Source: a virus. From it: DNA of 64,000 nt. The notes beneath the pieces were generated by a model, which saw nothing but the letters and a program-made list of their open reading frames with translations, was not told where the DNA came from and made no database searches. Position 1 is the stretch's first letter. Every line of letters begins with the position of its first letter. Below are positions 36,366 through 46,322 of the stretch, in pieces. The position numbers were made by a program, and so were the translations under genes. The stretch lies in UHGV virus genome UHGV-0370399, one strand, 5' to 3'.

Positions 36366-36843
36366 AGAATACCTGCACTATGACCCCGAAACAGGGGTCT
36401 TTACTTGGTTAGTTGGTAGAAGAGGTAAGGCCAAAGCTGGCTCAGTAGCAGGTCTTAAACACCATAGTGGTTATATCTATATAAAACTCTTCGGAAAAAG
36501 ATATGCAGCACACAGACTGGCAGTCTTGTATATGAAAGGCTACCTCCCAAAATTTGTTGACCACAAGAATGGTATCAGGCACGACAACTGGTTCGACAAT
36601 TTGAGAGAGTGTAGCAGGTCAGACAACAACTGCAATGCAGTCAAAAGAAAAGATAATAAGTCTGGTGTGAAGGGTGTATATTACCACAAGCAAAGAGGTA
36701 GATGGGCTGCACAAGTCAAGCATAATAAAGTATGCTACCATCTAGGTTTATTTGACTCTATCACTGAGGCTGAATCAGTTGTCAAAAAGAAAAGAGAAGA
36801 ACTACATAAAGAGTTTTCAAATCACGGAGAAGCTTATGAATGA
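36343..36843 (+). CDS. HNH homing endonuclease with AP2-type domain
   Basis: YDPETGVFTW, HKNGIRHDNWFDNLRECSRSDN and GVKGVYYHK..GRWAAQV; ORF-track start is TTG, ATG at 36343 (or 36328) is more likely; overlaps the 3' end of the FEN gene. Confidence 0.8.
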   Translation: MLTQQTLKEYLHYDPETGVFTWLVGRRGKAKAGSVAGLKHHSGYIYIKLFGKRYAAHRLAVLYMKGYLPKFVDHKNGIRHDNWFDNLRECSRSDNNCNAVKRKDNKSGVKGVYYHKQRGRWAAQVKHNKVCYHLGLFDSITEAESVVKKKREELHKEFSNHGEAYE

Positions 36844-37337
36844 AGATTAAAGGATTTGGCAATTGCCCTACCTATGGTCATTGGGTGTCTTTATGTGGGG
36901 AAGTTGACCCCACTAAACATTTTGGCTTTGTCTATTTAGTGCACTGTAAGAAGACTGGACAATATTATATCGGAAAGAAACAGCTTAACAGTGTGACCAA
37001 AAGAAAAGTTGCTGGGAAGACTCGGAAGAAGGTAGTCACTAAGGAAAGTGATTGGATGACTTACGAAACCTCTTCTGAGTATATTAAAAAAGATATTGAG
37101 AGCTTTGGAAAAGAATTTTTTGACTTTTACATTATCCAAACCTACTACACAAAAGGTGGCCTAGTCTATGGTGAAGCAAACCTTCAACATAAATTCGATG
37201 TAATGACAAAAAGGATTGACTCTAAGCTCAGACTCTTCTACAATGCCAATATTGCAGCAATTAAGTTTATTACTAAAGAAACTTATGAAGATGCTGAAAA
37301 AAGAATCCATAAGGTAATGAAAGCAAATTGTGCTTGA
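36840..37337 (+). CDS. putative GIY-YIG endonuclease domain protein
   Basis: FGFVYLVHCKKTGQYYIGK resembles the GIY...YIG motif pair; ATGA overlap with the preceding HNH gene. Confidence 0.5.
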   Translation: MKIKGFGNCPTYGHWVSLCGEVDPTKHFGFVYLVHCKKTGQYYIGKKQLNSVTKRKVAGKTRKKVVTKESDWMTYETSSEYIKKDIESFGKEFFDFYIIQTYYTKGGLVYGEANLQHKFDVMTKRIDSKLRLFYNANIAAIKFITKETYEDAEKRIHKVMKANCA

Positions 37338-37358
37338 TAACTATTGAGAGAGAATAAA

Positions 37359-37589
37359 ATGTTTAACAAAAGCAAAGCTGTGAGTCATGTAGCAAAAGTT
37401 GACAGTAAGATTGAAGAACTTGAGCGCATTCTTGCAAATGCTAGAGAGTCAATAATTAAAGAAGTTGAAGCTGTTGAATCACAAATGCAGCATCTAATAC
37501 TTAAACGCCAAGAGCTACGTGAGCATCTGGAATATATTGAAACACGAGAGCTAAAGGTTAACAGATTTTTAAGGAGTCCAAATGTTTAA
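37359..37589 (+). CDS. hypothetical coiled-coil protein
   Basis: ORF-track start is TTG; ATG at 37359 has SD gagagag. Confidence 0.35.
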   Translation: MFNKSKAVSHVAKVDSKIEELERILANARESIIKEVEAVESQMQHLILKRQELREHLEYIETRELKVNRFLRSPNV

Positions 37590-38337
37590 CTCAAGAGAAG
37601 CAGTAAAAAACTGGAATCTTCGTTGTGGAAACACTCAAAAGCAACCTTACAGTGATGAGTATTGGGAATCTTTAAAATCCCAGTCTCTGTGTATGCTGGA
37701 AGAAGCAAAAGAGCTTGTAAAAGCAATTGAAGAGAAAGACCCCATTGAGACACTGGATGCTCAGGCAGATTTGCAATATGTTCTTGACGGTTTGATTTAC
37801 CTGTCACAACATGACCATAACGGTGCTATGAAAGCTGTTTGCCGTAATAATGACCTGAAGTACACAGATGACTATGAAGAAGCTTTAAAACGTCTTGCAG
37901 ATATTGAGAAGCGTACTGGTCAAGAGTGTATTATCAGAATGTCAGTAGTTGATGGTAAAGAGTGGTATGCCATTGTTCGTGCAGCAGATGGGAAGATTAT
38001 GAAGCAATCGAATCTCCCTAAAGTACAGCTTGGTGAATACATTGTAGAACTTGAAAGCCAAGAACTTTTTGTGGTAGTATCTGAGACATGCGTTATCTGC
38101 AAAGGTATTGTAGATAGTTTAAAGGATTTAGGTGTAGATGGTTTTGTAGAAGTTAATCCAATTACCTCTAAAGCAGATAAAGACTTCTGTAAAGAGAATG
38201 GACTATGGATTGCAGACATTATCTACTATGATGGTGAGCAGTTCCATGTAACCTCATACCCGAAACTGAATTATGATGCTAATAACCTGAAGTGCTGGTT
38301 AAAAGGGGTTGGTTATAATGGATTCACAGAACATTAA
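37582..38337 (+). CDS. hypothetical protein with MazG-like N-terminus and CxxC thioredoxin-like C-terminus
   Basis: EEAKELVKAIEEKD...DLQYVLDGL resembles the MazG pyrophosphohydrolase EExxE/D motifs; C-terminal VVVSETCVICKG; SD aaggag. Confidence 0.4.
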   Translation: MFNSREAVKNWNLRCGNTQKQPYSDEYWESLKSQSLCMLEEAKELVKAIEEKDPIETLDAQADLQYVLDGLIYLSQHDHNGAMKAVCRNNDLKYTDDYEEALKRLADIEKRTGQECIIRMSVVDGKEWYAIVRAADGKIMKQSNLPKVQLGEYIVELESQELFVVVSETCVICKGIVDSLKDLGVDGFVEVNPITSKADKDFCKENGLWIADIIYYDGEQFHVTSYPKLNYDANNLKCWLKGVGYNGFTEH

Positions 38338-38641
38338 TAAAGAGGGTGTGGCTCAGAAGAGCCACTTCTCAAACTACAATATTTCTATGACGGTGTTTAT
38401 GAATGACCCGTTACTAGAAAAATATGGTGAGACTCCAGATACACTTCTGGACAATGAACAAGTTTTAAAAGCAGTCCTGTACAAATACGGGATTGATATT
38501 GAGAAAGAATATTCCTTTGAAATCTGCCAACACAGGAATACTTTCGGTAAAGTTGTGATGGCTCCACTCTTTATGGGTGTAGAAAGGACTGACTATGGTT
38601 GGTTGTATCTAAAAAGAAACTTGGAGAAATACCGTGTCTAA
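38318..38641 (+). CDS. hypothetical protein
   Basis: ORF-track start is TTG; ATG at 38318 has SD aagggg. Confidence 0.3.
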   Translation: MDSQNINKEGVAQKSHFSNYNISMTVFMNDPLLEKYGETPDTLLDNEQVLKAVLYKYGIDIEKEYSFEICQHRNTFGKVVMAPLFMGVERTDYGWLYLKRNLEKYRV

Positions 38642-38972
38642 AGCAAAAAAGCTATCTTATGATGATATTGTCTCAGGTGCTAAGTTAGGCGTTGACAGCC
38701 TCGGACAAGATGTTAAGCACGGGGACACAGTTATGTACTGTGATGACCGAAGAGGTAGAAGTGCAATCTTGTTTGGAAGAATTGTTTGCAAGATGCGAGG
38801 CAATTACGTTGTTGCAGACATGGATGTGAACGTTACACAAAAACTTGAAACACTTATGGATGATAATACATCATCATGGTTCTCCCTGAATTGTATGCAC
38901 ACTTCTTCAGTCACAAAAGTAAGTGATAAGTTTTACGATATGTGGCAGAATGAGCAAATTTTCAAGATTTAA
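38634..38972 (+). CDS. hypothetical protein
   Basis: GTG start with SD ggag; followed by a strong terminator. Confidence 0.35.
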   Translation: MSKAKKLSYDDIVSGAKLGVDSLGQDVKHGDTVMYCDDRRGRSAILFGRIVCKMRGNYVVADMDVNVTQKLETLMDDNTSSWFSLNCMHTSSVTKVSDKFYDMWQNEQIFKI

Positions 38973-38977
38973 ACTAG

Positions 38978-39000
38978 GGAGCCTCTTCGGAGGCTCTTTT
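38978..39000 (+). terminator. intrinsic terminator with UUCG tetraloop
   Basis: GAGCCTC ttcg GAGGCTC followed by TTTT. Confidence 0.85.
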
Positions 39001-39018
39001 CATCTGTAGGATTCAAAA

Positions 39019-41253
39019 ATGATTAAGACAATTAAAAAATCAAACGGTACAGTAGTAAGCTTTGACCCAGAAAGACTGAATAAGTGGGCATCATGGGCAG
39101 ATAAACGTGGAATTATCTGGTCAGAAGTCACTATGGAAGCTATGAAACGTGTCTATGAGGGTTGCACTACAAAAGAGATGCACCAAGCCATGATTGATGT
39201 TTGTGTTGATAAACAAACTCAAGAGTACTCAGATATGGCTGGACGGCTACTTCTAGGAATTATCTACAAAGAAGCCTTTGGAGGCTTTACTAAGGTTCCT
39301 ACGCTGGTTACCTTCGTTAAAAATATGGAGAGAGCAGGACTTTGGGAGAAGATGGACTATTCCCAGGAAGAGCTTGAATACCTGCAAGGGTACATTGTGC
39401 ACTCAAAAGATATCTCTTATGGTTATGCAGTCCTGAAACAGTTCAGAGACAAGTATGGTATCCGTGATATTAAAACGGGAAGACTTTTTGAGTCACCACA
39501 GTTTATGTTTATGGGTATGGCTATGAAAGCCTTTGAGAAGCAACCAAAGCACCGTAGACTGCAAGATGTTATCAAGCTGTACACTTACCTATCTGACCTG
39601 AAGATTAACGCTCCTACGCCTTATTTAAACGGTTTGAGGGCAACTAAATCAGGTTATGCGTCATGCTGCTTGATTAAGGCAAACGATACTGCTGAATCAC
39701 TTGGTATTGCTGCAAAGGTTGCTTATGATATGACTACAAAGCAAGCTGGTATCGGTATGCTGATGGAGACTCGCACTATTGGTGATGGTATCCGTCAAAA
39801 CACTATCGAACACATGGGTAAACTGCCTTATTACAAGCTTGTACGTTCATCTGTAGAGGCAAACAAACAGAAGAGTCGTGGTGGTTCAGCTAATAACTTC
39901 TACACTGCTCTAGACCCGCAGATTGAAGATTTACTGCGTTTGAAGCACCCTACAACGGTTCCTTCTAAACGTATTAATGAGATGGACTACTCATTCGGCA
40001 CAAACGATTATTTCTGGCAGTGTGTTCAGTATGATACAGATTGGTTGCTATTCTCTTACAAAGATGCACCAAAACTCTATGACATGTTCTACACAGCATC
40101 TGCTGATGAGTTTGCTATGGCAGTTGGTCACGCAGTACATTCAGGAGTTAAGCACAGACGAGTCAAGGCTCGTGAAATTGCTAAGCTGTTTATTCAACAG
40201 CGTTATGCTACAGGTCGTGTGTATCCATTCTTCACTAACAACGCAAACACACATACACCATTTAAAGAACCATTGAAGATGTCAAATCTTTGTATGGAAA
40301 TTGTATTGCCAGTGTATGGTTTTGAGAAAGAGACAGACCTTTACAGAGACGATGCTGTGAAAGAGGATGGTGAGGTGGCTCTTTGCTTCCTAGCTAGTTT
40401 GGTTGCAGGGAGAATTTCAGAAGATGAATACGCTGACGTTGCTTATTATGCTCTTGCAATGGTTGACTCCGTTATTGACCTTATGGATTATCCGTATCCG
40501 TCGATGCGTAACCATGTTCAGAAGCGTCGTTCTGTTGGGATTGGCCTTACAAATGTGGCTCATTACCTTGCGAAGAACTACGTGAACTACTCTTCACGAG
40601 CAGGTAAAACGAAACTCCATGAACTGGCAGAGATGCACTCTTACTACTTACACGAAGCTTCTTTAAGACTTGCTAAAGAACGTGGTGTACCTGAGTATAT
40701 GCAGTTCACTAAGTACCCTGAAGGTTGGGTTCCTCCAAAGACAGCCAACAAGAAGATTGATGAGAAGCATGATGCAAAACTAAGATATGATTGGGATGAC
40801 TTAGCACAACGTATCAAAGAAAATGGTGGAATCCGAAACTCTGTATTAGAAGCTTACATGCCTAATGAGAGTTCTTCACTAGCAACTAATACGACAAACG
40901 GCTTGTACCCAATTCGTGACTTTATTTTAACTAAAAAGTCTGCAACTGGTAACGTGCTGTTTATTGTTCCAGATTATGAAGAGTTGAAGTATGTATATGA
41001 AATTGCTTGGGGTATTGACACCTTTGACCTGATTGATTGTTATGCAATTGTTCAAAAGTTCACTGGTCAAGCTATCTCTTCAGATTTCTATGTTGACTAC
41101 GCAAAAGCTAAGAAGGTATCATTGGCTCAAGCTTTGAAGTACATGATTTATGCCAACTCGGTAGGTATGAAAACCATGTACTACCTTAACAGTCGCATTG
41201 GTGTAGGTAAATCTGCACTGCAAGATGCTTATTGCGAGGGTTGTGGTGTTTAG
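39019..41253 (+). CDS. nrdA: ribonucleotide reductase class Ia large subunit
   Basis: N-terminal ATP-cone-like region, 744 aa, C-terminal Cys pair CEGCG; followed by the nrdB and nrdH genes. Confidence 0.9.
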   Translation: MIKTIKKSNGTVVSFDPERLNKWASWADKRGIIWSEVTMEAMKRVYEGCTTKEMHQAMIDVCVDKQTQEYSDMAGRLLLGIIYKEAFGGFTKVPTLVTFVKNMERAGLWEKMDYSQEELEYLQGYIVHSKDISYGYAVLKQFRDKYGIRDIKTGRLFESPQFMFMGMAMKAFEKQPKHRRLQDVIKLYTYLSDLKINAPTPYLNGLRATKSGYASCCLIKANDTAESLGIAAKVAYDMTTKQAGIGMLMETRTIGDGIRQNTIEHMGKLPYYKLVRSSVEANKQKSRGGSANNFYTALDPQIEDLLRLKHPTTVPSKRINEMDYSFGTNDYFWQCVQYDTDWLLFSYKDAPKLYDMFYTASADEFAMAVGHAVHSGVKHRRVKAREIAKLFIQQRYATGRVYPFFTNNANTHTPFKEPLKMSNLCMEIVLPVYGFEKETDLYRDDAVKEDGEVALCFLASLVAGRISEDEYADVAYYALAMVDSVIDLMDYPYPSMRNHVQKRRSVGIGLTNVAHYLAKNYVNYSSRAGKTKLHELAEMHSYYLHEASLRLAKERGVPEYMQFTKYPEGWVPPKTANKKIDEKHDAKLRYDWDDLAQRIKENGGIRNSVLEAYMPNESSSLATNTTNGLYPIRDFILTKKSATGNVLFIVPDYEELKYVYEIAWGIDTFDLIDCYAIVQKFTGQAISSDFYVDYAKAKKVSLAQALKYMIYANSVGMKTMYYLNSRIGVGKSALQDAYCEGCGV

Positions 41254-41308
41254 TTTTAACAATTATGAGGGTCGTAAAAGACCCTCTAAAAATAACTTTG
41301 GAGAGACC

Positions 41309-41566
41309 ATGAAAGATTTAATAGAAAAACATGAGCGACCTATATACTTGCTCCACAAGCCTCGGAAAACGATGTACTATGTGAGTAGCACAGACATGAT
41401 GATAAAACAAAATGATGACTCATGGGTTGCTGGTATCTCTTACATCTCTACAGCAGATGGTAAAATCTACGCAAGACCTTATGAGATGTTTAACAAAGAA
41501 AATTGGGAAGTTTTAGACAGAAAACAAGCCTTAGAAATGATAAAGAAAGGAGAAATCACGCTATGA
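41309..41566 (+). CDS. hypothetical small protein between nrdA and nrdB
   Basis: ATG at 41309 with SD ggagag; stop overlaps the nrdB ATG; preceded by perfect hairpin GAGGGTC/GACCCTC at 41267-41286. Confidence 0.35.
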   Translation: MKDLIEKHERPIYLLHKPRKTMYYVSSTDMMIKQNDDSWVAGISYISTADGKIYARPYEMFNKENWEVLDRKQALEMIKKGEITL

Positions 41567-42636
41567 TTAACCAGCACCCAATCTTTTTAGGTGGTGAGAG
41601 AAAAACTTTTGACTCACTTAATAAACACTACCCAAAAATCTTTGAACTTTATAAACAACAAAAAGCACAAGACTGGTCAGAAGATGAGTTTCCTTTTGAA
41701 CAATCACGTCTTGATTTTGAGAGTGTTCCAGCATCAATGTCAGGTGTAATGCTTGAGATTCTTAAGTGGCAATGGGAAGCAGACACTCAAGTTGCTAAGA
41801 GCTTGGCATTTGCCTTTGCACCTTTTATCTCTGATGACATTTATGCAACTGCAATTATGAAGCAGTCTGAGATTGAAAACCTACATGCTCTTACTTACTC
41901 AGAGATTGTAAGACAATGTATTAAAAACCCTGAAACAATCTTAGATGAGATTAACCAGAATGTTGCTGTGCAAGACCGATTAAAAACTGTGAATCGTGTT
42001 CTTGAAGAATTACTGGATGAAGGGATAAACTACCGACTGAGTTATGTCCGTGATTCACTTCTGGACAAAGACCCTTTACACTTCCATAAAGTGATTTTAA
42101 AAGGTCTATTTGCAGTGACTGCACTTGAAGGTATATCTTTTATGGCATCCTTTGCATGTACTTTTGCACTTGATGCTCAAGATAAATTTCAGGGTATTGC
42201 TCAAGCTGTCCAGAAAATTATGCTTGACGAAATCCTTCACACTAAAATTGATATTGAAGTTTTAAAAGAAACTTTAAGAGATGATGAGTGGCAGAAAGCT
42301 TTTCAACAAATTCTTCCAGAGATTAAAGTAATCTTAGATGAAGTAGTTGAAAGTGAAGAGAAATGGTCGTATTATATCTTCTCCGAAGGACGTGCTGTAG
42401 TTGGCTTAAATACAAAGCTTCTCCATGAGTGGGTTTACTATAATGCTGCCCCACTGTATGACATGTTTGGCATTCCCAGAGATTTTGTAGCTCCTAAAGA
42501 ACCACCTTTGAAGTACATGATTAAGAAGATGGAAATTGATAAAGAGCAGAATGCTAATCAGGAGCAACAGAACGGTGCGTACCTGTTGAATACTGTTGTA
42601 GATGATTTGAATAGTGGATTTTTAGAGGTTCCTTAA
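41563..42636 (+). CDS. nrdB: ribonucleotide reductase class Ia small subunit
   Basis: 357 aa directly after nrdA; start moved to the ATG at 41563 with SD aaggag. Confidence 0.9.
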   Translation: MINQHPIFLGGERKTFDSLNKHYPKIFELYKQQKAQDWSEDEFPFEQSRLDFESVPASMSGVMLEILKWQWEADTQVAKSLAFAFAPFISDDIYATAIMKQSEIENLHALTYSEIVRQCIKNPETILDEINQNVAVQDRLKTVNRVLEELLDEGINYRLSYVRDSLLDKDPLHFHKVILKGLFAVTALEGISFMASFACTFALDAQDKFQGIAQAVQKIMLDEILHTKIDIEVLKETLRDDEWQKAFQQILPEIKVILDEVVESEEKWSYYIFSEGRAVVGLNTKLLHEWVYYNAAPLYDMFGIPRDFVAPKEPPLKYMIKKMEIDKEQNANQEQQNGAYLLNTVVDDLNSGFLEVP

Positions 42637-42878
42637 TGACTTATGTAATTTACTCCAAAACTGGATGCCCTCAGTGTGAGACTGCAAAGAATTTTGCAAA
42701 AGCTCGTGGTATTGACCATGTTGTGAGAATGTTAGGGCAGGACTATGAACTATCAGACCTGATGGATATTGCACAGATGCCAGTTCGTCAGATGCCGTTC
42801 ATCATGAAAACTGATGGACAAAACCTAAAACCTGTTGGGACGCTACAGAATTTTATGGCAGAGGTGAATAATGCTTAA
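42636..42878 (+). CDS. nrdH: glutaredoxin-like protein (NrdH-type)
   Basis: 80 aa with CPQC active site near the N-terminus; ATGA-coupled to nrdB. Confidence 0.75.
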   Translation: MTYVIYSKTGCPQCETAKNFAKARGIDHVVRMLGQDYELSDLMDIAQMPVRQMPFIMKTDGQNLKPVGTLQNFMAEVNNA

Positions 42879-43077
42879 ACGCATTTGGGAAGGTTTGGTT
42901 GTCGATGCACCAGCTATTGTGATTGGTATGCTGATTGTTAACCTATTTACTGATTTTGAACAAGGTTCATTGTTTGGGGCCATGTTACTATGGGTTATCT
43001 TTGAAATATTAGAGATACAGCTAGGCATCACTGAAAAACTGAGAAAACTCGTTTCTAAGTTTTCTAAAAAGATTTAA
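42871..43077 (+). CDS. small two-helix membrane protein
   Basis: 68 aa with two hydrophobic segments; followed by a terminator. Confidence 0.3.
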   Translation: MLKRIWEGLVVDAPAIVIGMLIVNLFTDFEQGSLFGAMLLWVIFEILEIQLGITEKLRKLVSKFSKKI

Positions 43078-43084
43078 AATGAAA

Positions 43085-43106
43085 GGGTCTCTTCGGAGAC
43101 CTTTTT
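43085..43106 (+). terminator. intrinsic terminator with UUCG tetraloop
   Basis: GGTCTC ttcg GAGACC followed by TTTTT. Confidence 0.85.
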
Positions 43107-43125
43107 AGCATGTAAAGGGGCAATA

Positions 43126-45270
43126 ATGAACAAAGTACAGATTATTAAAAAGAATGGCTCACTTGAAGAACCTAATATCAAAAAAGTTTTAGCAGCAGTC
43201 ACAAAGTCAGCTAACAGAGTTGGTTATAAAGAGCTTCCACCAGATGTTACTCAAGCTCTTGAGTCAGCATTTATGAGGATTCTGGTAAAGTCCACTAAGC
43301 AGAATAATTTGCTAATTTCGGTAAATGATATTCACAGTATTGTTGAGGGTGCTTTGGCAGAAGTCAATCACGAGATTTATGAGTCTTACTCAACATATAG
43401 AAATTACCGTAAAGAGGTTGCTCAAAATTGGGATGAGCTTTACAAAAAGACTAGAGACACGCTCTTCTTAGGTGACCGTGAAAACGCTAACTTTGACAGC
43501 AGTTTAATTTCTACAAAAGGTTCAATTATTCGTGGTTACCTGACTAAAGAAATCTTTAAGCAGTACCATTTAACACCAGAGGAACTTGAAGCCATTGAAA
43601 AAGGGTTTATCTATATCCACGATTTAAGAGACCTGATTTTTGGCGGCATTAACTGTTGCTTGTTTGACATTGGTAAAGTACTGAAAGGTGGCTTTGAGAT
43701 GTCTGGCATCGAATACTGTGAACCGAAGTCTGTGCTGTCAGCCTTACAGGTTATTGGTGATGTAGTTCTTTCAGCAACTGCACAGCAATTTGGTGGATTT
43801 ACTTTAGCAGAGATTGATAAGGTGCTTGTACCGTATGCTAAAAAGTCTCTACGCTACCATGCTGAGAAAGCAGCATCTTACGGTATTCCTAAAGAACATT
43901 ACCACAATTATGTCATGGAGCAGCTACAGCTTGAATTAACTCAGGGTTTCCAGTCACTCGAAATGAAACTGAACACTGTACCTTGTAGCCGTGGTGATTT
44001 TGCATTTACAACTTTGACATTTGGATTACTTGACTCAGATATGTCTAATGAAGACAACCGACTGCAATACATGATTGCAAACACCATTCTTGATGTTCGC
44101 ATGAATGGACAAGGTAAGAGTAAGAAGCCTGTTGTATTCCCTAAACTGGTTTATATTCATGACCAGAAGAGACACGATGAGAATATCTGTCAAGGCCAAC
44201 TGTACAGCAAAGCTATTGAGTGTTGCTCTAAAGCGATGTATCCAGATTTCTTAAGTGTATCTGGTCATGGTGCTGTAGCAGAAGCTTTTGAGCGTTCTGG
44301 CAAGGTAATTTCACCGATGGGTTGCAGAGCTTTCTTATCCCCATATCTTAACGAGAATGGAGAAGAGTTCTACGTTGGTCGTGCTAATATTGGTGCTGTA
44401 TCTTTGAACTTACCAATGATTTACCAGTATTCTAAAGAGAATGGTTTAGATTTCTGGAAAGAGCTTGATAAGTACCTAGAAATGATTCGCAGCTTCCATA
44501 AGAAACGTTACGAAATGATTGCCAATATGCCAGCAAGTTCTAACCCTCTTGCATTCACACAAGGTGGTCTGTATAAAGGGACTAAGAAGCCTACTGACAA
44601 GGTTGGTTGGGATATTGTGAAGTCCTTCACAGCTTCTTTTGGGGTTACTGCTCTTGATGAGTTATCTGTTCTTGCTGAAGGTAAACGACTTCATGAAGTT
44701 GGAAGTTCCAGTTTTGCATACGATGTTCTGGCATACATTAACATGAAAACTGAAGAGTTTAAGAATGAAGATGGCTTCCTGTATGCAGTATATGGCACTC
44801 CAGCAGAGTCATTGTGTGGAACTCAGCTAAAACAGTTCAGAGATATGTTTGGTGTTATTAAAGGCGTTTCTGACAAGGAATACTTTACAAACAGTTTCCA
44901 TATGAATGTTGCAGCAAACATCTCACCATTTGAGAAGCAGGACTTAGAAGAGCCATTCTTCCATATCTGTAGAGGTGGCAGAATCCAGTATGTAAGGGTA
45001 GCTAACCCAGAAAACTTACCAGCACTTAAAAGTTGTATTACCAGAGGGATGTTGAAGGGTTTTTATCAGGGGCTTAACTTTGACTTAGCAATCTGTGAAC
45101 ATTGTGGTAACAGACCAAAGGCTGATGTTGAAGAATGTGAGGTTTGTCATTCACATGATATCTCTGTGATTAACAGGGTGTGCGGATATCTGGGATGGAC
45201 TAAGATTAAAGGTGAATCCCGAATGAACGATGCAAAAATCGCTGAGATTCGTGATAGAATATCTATGTAA
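43126..45270 (+). CDS. nrdD: anaerobic ribonucleoside-triphosphate reductase (class III)
   Basis: C-terminal glycyl-radical motif NRVCGYLG preceded by Cys cluster CEHCG...CEVCH; 714 aa. Confidence 0.9.
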   Translation: MNKVQIIKKNGSLEEPNIKKVLAAVTKSANRVGYKELPPDVTQALESAFMRILVKSTKQNNLLISVNDIHSIVEGALAEVNHEIYESYSTYRNYRKEVAQNWDELYKKTRDTLFLGDRENANFDSSLISTKGSIIRGYLTKEIFKQYHLTPEELEAIEKGFIYIHDLRDLIFGGINCCLFDIGKVLKGGFEMSGIEYCEPKSVLSALQVIGDVVLSATAQQFGGFTLAEIDKVLVPYAKKSLRYHAEKAASYGIPKEHYHNYVMEQLQLELTQGFQSLEMKLNTVPCSRGDFAFTTLTFGLLDSDMSNEDNRLQYMIANTILDVRMNGQGKSKKPVVFPKLVYIHDQKRHDENICQGQLYSKAIECCSKAMYPDFLSVSGHGAVAEAFERSGKVISPMGCRAFLSPYLNENGEEFYVGRANIGAVSLNLPMIYQYSKENGLDFWKELDKYLEMIRSFHKKRYEMIANMPASSNPLAFTQGGLYKGTKKPTDKVGWDIVKSFTASFGVTALDELSVLAEGKRLHEVGSSSFAYDVLAYINMKTEEFKNEDGFLYAVYGTPAESLCGTQLKQFRDMFGVIKGVSDKEYFTNSFHMNVAANISPFEKQDLEEPFFHICRGGRIQYVRVANPENLPALKSCITRGMLKGFYQGLNFDLAICEHCGNRPKADVEECEVCHSHDISVINRVCGYLGWTKIKGESRMNDAKIAEIRDRISM

Positions 45271-45280
45271 AACTTGACAA

Positions 45281-45318
45281 GGTGATGTAGGTCTTGATAG
45301 GCTTACATCACCTTTTTT
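45281..45318 (+). terminator. intrinsic terminator after nrdD
   Basis: GGTGATGT ... ACATCACC stem followed by TTTTTT. Confidence 0.7.
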
Positions 45319-45424
45319 ATTGGATGTTAGATATGGCAGAGAGTATTATTGGATTGTTCATAGGTTCTGTCTTACTAGGGTTCTTTTTAGGACTCTCTTA
45401 TTGTGAATTGAAAGGTAAGTTAAA

Positions 45425-45625
45425 ATGTTTAAGATATCAAAAGCGTTGATATACATACTCCATATTCTAGTCTTCTTCTTTGGGGTTAGCGTTATGGTAT
45501 GGGGCTTTTCAGACCCACAATGGGGTTTCTCATATCATGGTCAGATGGATTTATGGTCATGCTTCAAACCATTTTTAGGGTTAGCTATAGCATTCAGTGC
45601 ATTACCAACTAAGGTGAAATTATGA
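45425..45625 (+). CDS. small membrane protein
   Basis: 66 aa with hydrophobic segment ALIYILHILVFFFGVSVMVWGF. Confidence 0.3.
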   Translation: MFKISKALIYILHILVFFFGVSVMVWGFSDPQWGFSYHGQMDLWSCFKPFLGLAIAFSALPTKVKL

Positions 45626-46017
45626 TTAAGTTGAGCCAAAAACAGTTAGAGTGGATTAAAGATTACGCCTCAGAGTGTGGCTCTTGCGAAAAGAATCACG
45701 TAAGATACTCAACATTCCACACGACCTTCACATTGTATATTGGCGACAATGTTCTAAGTGATTCTGTAGAAGATGGCGTAGCATTGCCTAACGAATTGCT
45801 TGACAAATTAGCTGTAGTCACTGGAACTTGGTCTGAAGAAGACGGTCATGAACTATCTAATGATATTGTCTTCTACAGTCTTGAAAACATTATGAATCCA
45901 GAGTACATTATGCTAATGACTTGTGCACAAGACTGTGTGCCATTACAAAGCTTCATTAAAGAGCACTGCGAAGAGTTTATTACTAAACAGGTTCCCTGTC
46001 AGGTGGTGTTTGAATGA
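45622..46017 (+). CDS. hypothetical Cys-rich protein
   Basis: 131 aa, coupled ATGA overlap. Confidence 0.35.
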   Translation: MIKLSQKQLEWIKDYASECGSCEKNHVRYSTFHTTFTLYIGDNVLSDSVEDGVALPNELLDKLAVVTGTWSEEDGHELSNDIVFYSLENIMNPEYIMLMTCAQDCVPLQSFIKEHCEEFITKQVPCQVVFE

Positions 46018-46313
46018 GTAAAACAATTCGAAGAAAAGGTTTAAAGAACGTTCATGGACTCTATGAGTGGAGAAATGAGGTACGTAACAGAGAAAATGCT
46101 TCAGATGTCTACTTCCATTCTGATATGATGTCCAGAAAAGGTGGCTCTTACGACTTCACAAGCCAGCCTTGTAGAGAGATTAAGAAGGCCACTAAACGTC
46201 TTACAAGAACACAAATAAGGCAGCTTTCTAAGACATCCTTCTTAGATGAAGACTTTGATATTGATAGCAAGTCTCCAAAGAAAGCCGCTAAGAACACTTA
46301 TATGTATTGGTGA
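46014..46313 (+). CDS. hypothetical basic protein
   Basis: 99 aa, coupled ATGA overlap. Confidence 0.35.
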   Translation: MSKTIRRKGLKNVHGLYEWRNEVRNRENASDVYFHSDMMSRKGGSYDFTSQPCREIKKATKRLTRTQIRQLSKTSFLDEDFDIDSKSPKKAAKNTYMYW

Positions 46314-46322
46314 GGTAACTAG

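Noticed and set aside
26216-38641. ORF-track starts that are TTG or GTG (for example 22841, 25412, 25584, 25816, 25973, 26779, 31933, 36319, 37344, 38309, 46690, 47046, 48476, 57701, 59758)
   Set aside because: These were taken as artefacts of longest-ORF calling; starts were moved to the nearest in-frame ATG preceded by a Shine-Dalgarno sequence, except where only a GTG with a good SD was available (38634).
45324-45449. 41 aa hydrophobic peptide ORF overlapping the start of 45425-45625
   Set aside because: It has a weak ribosome-binding site and overlaps a better-supported membrane-protein ORF in another frame; it cannot be distinguished from chance without expression data.
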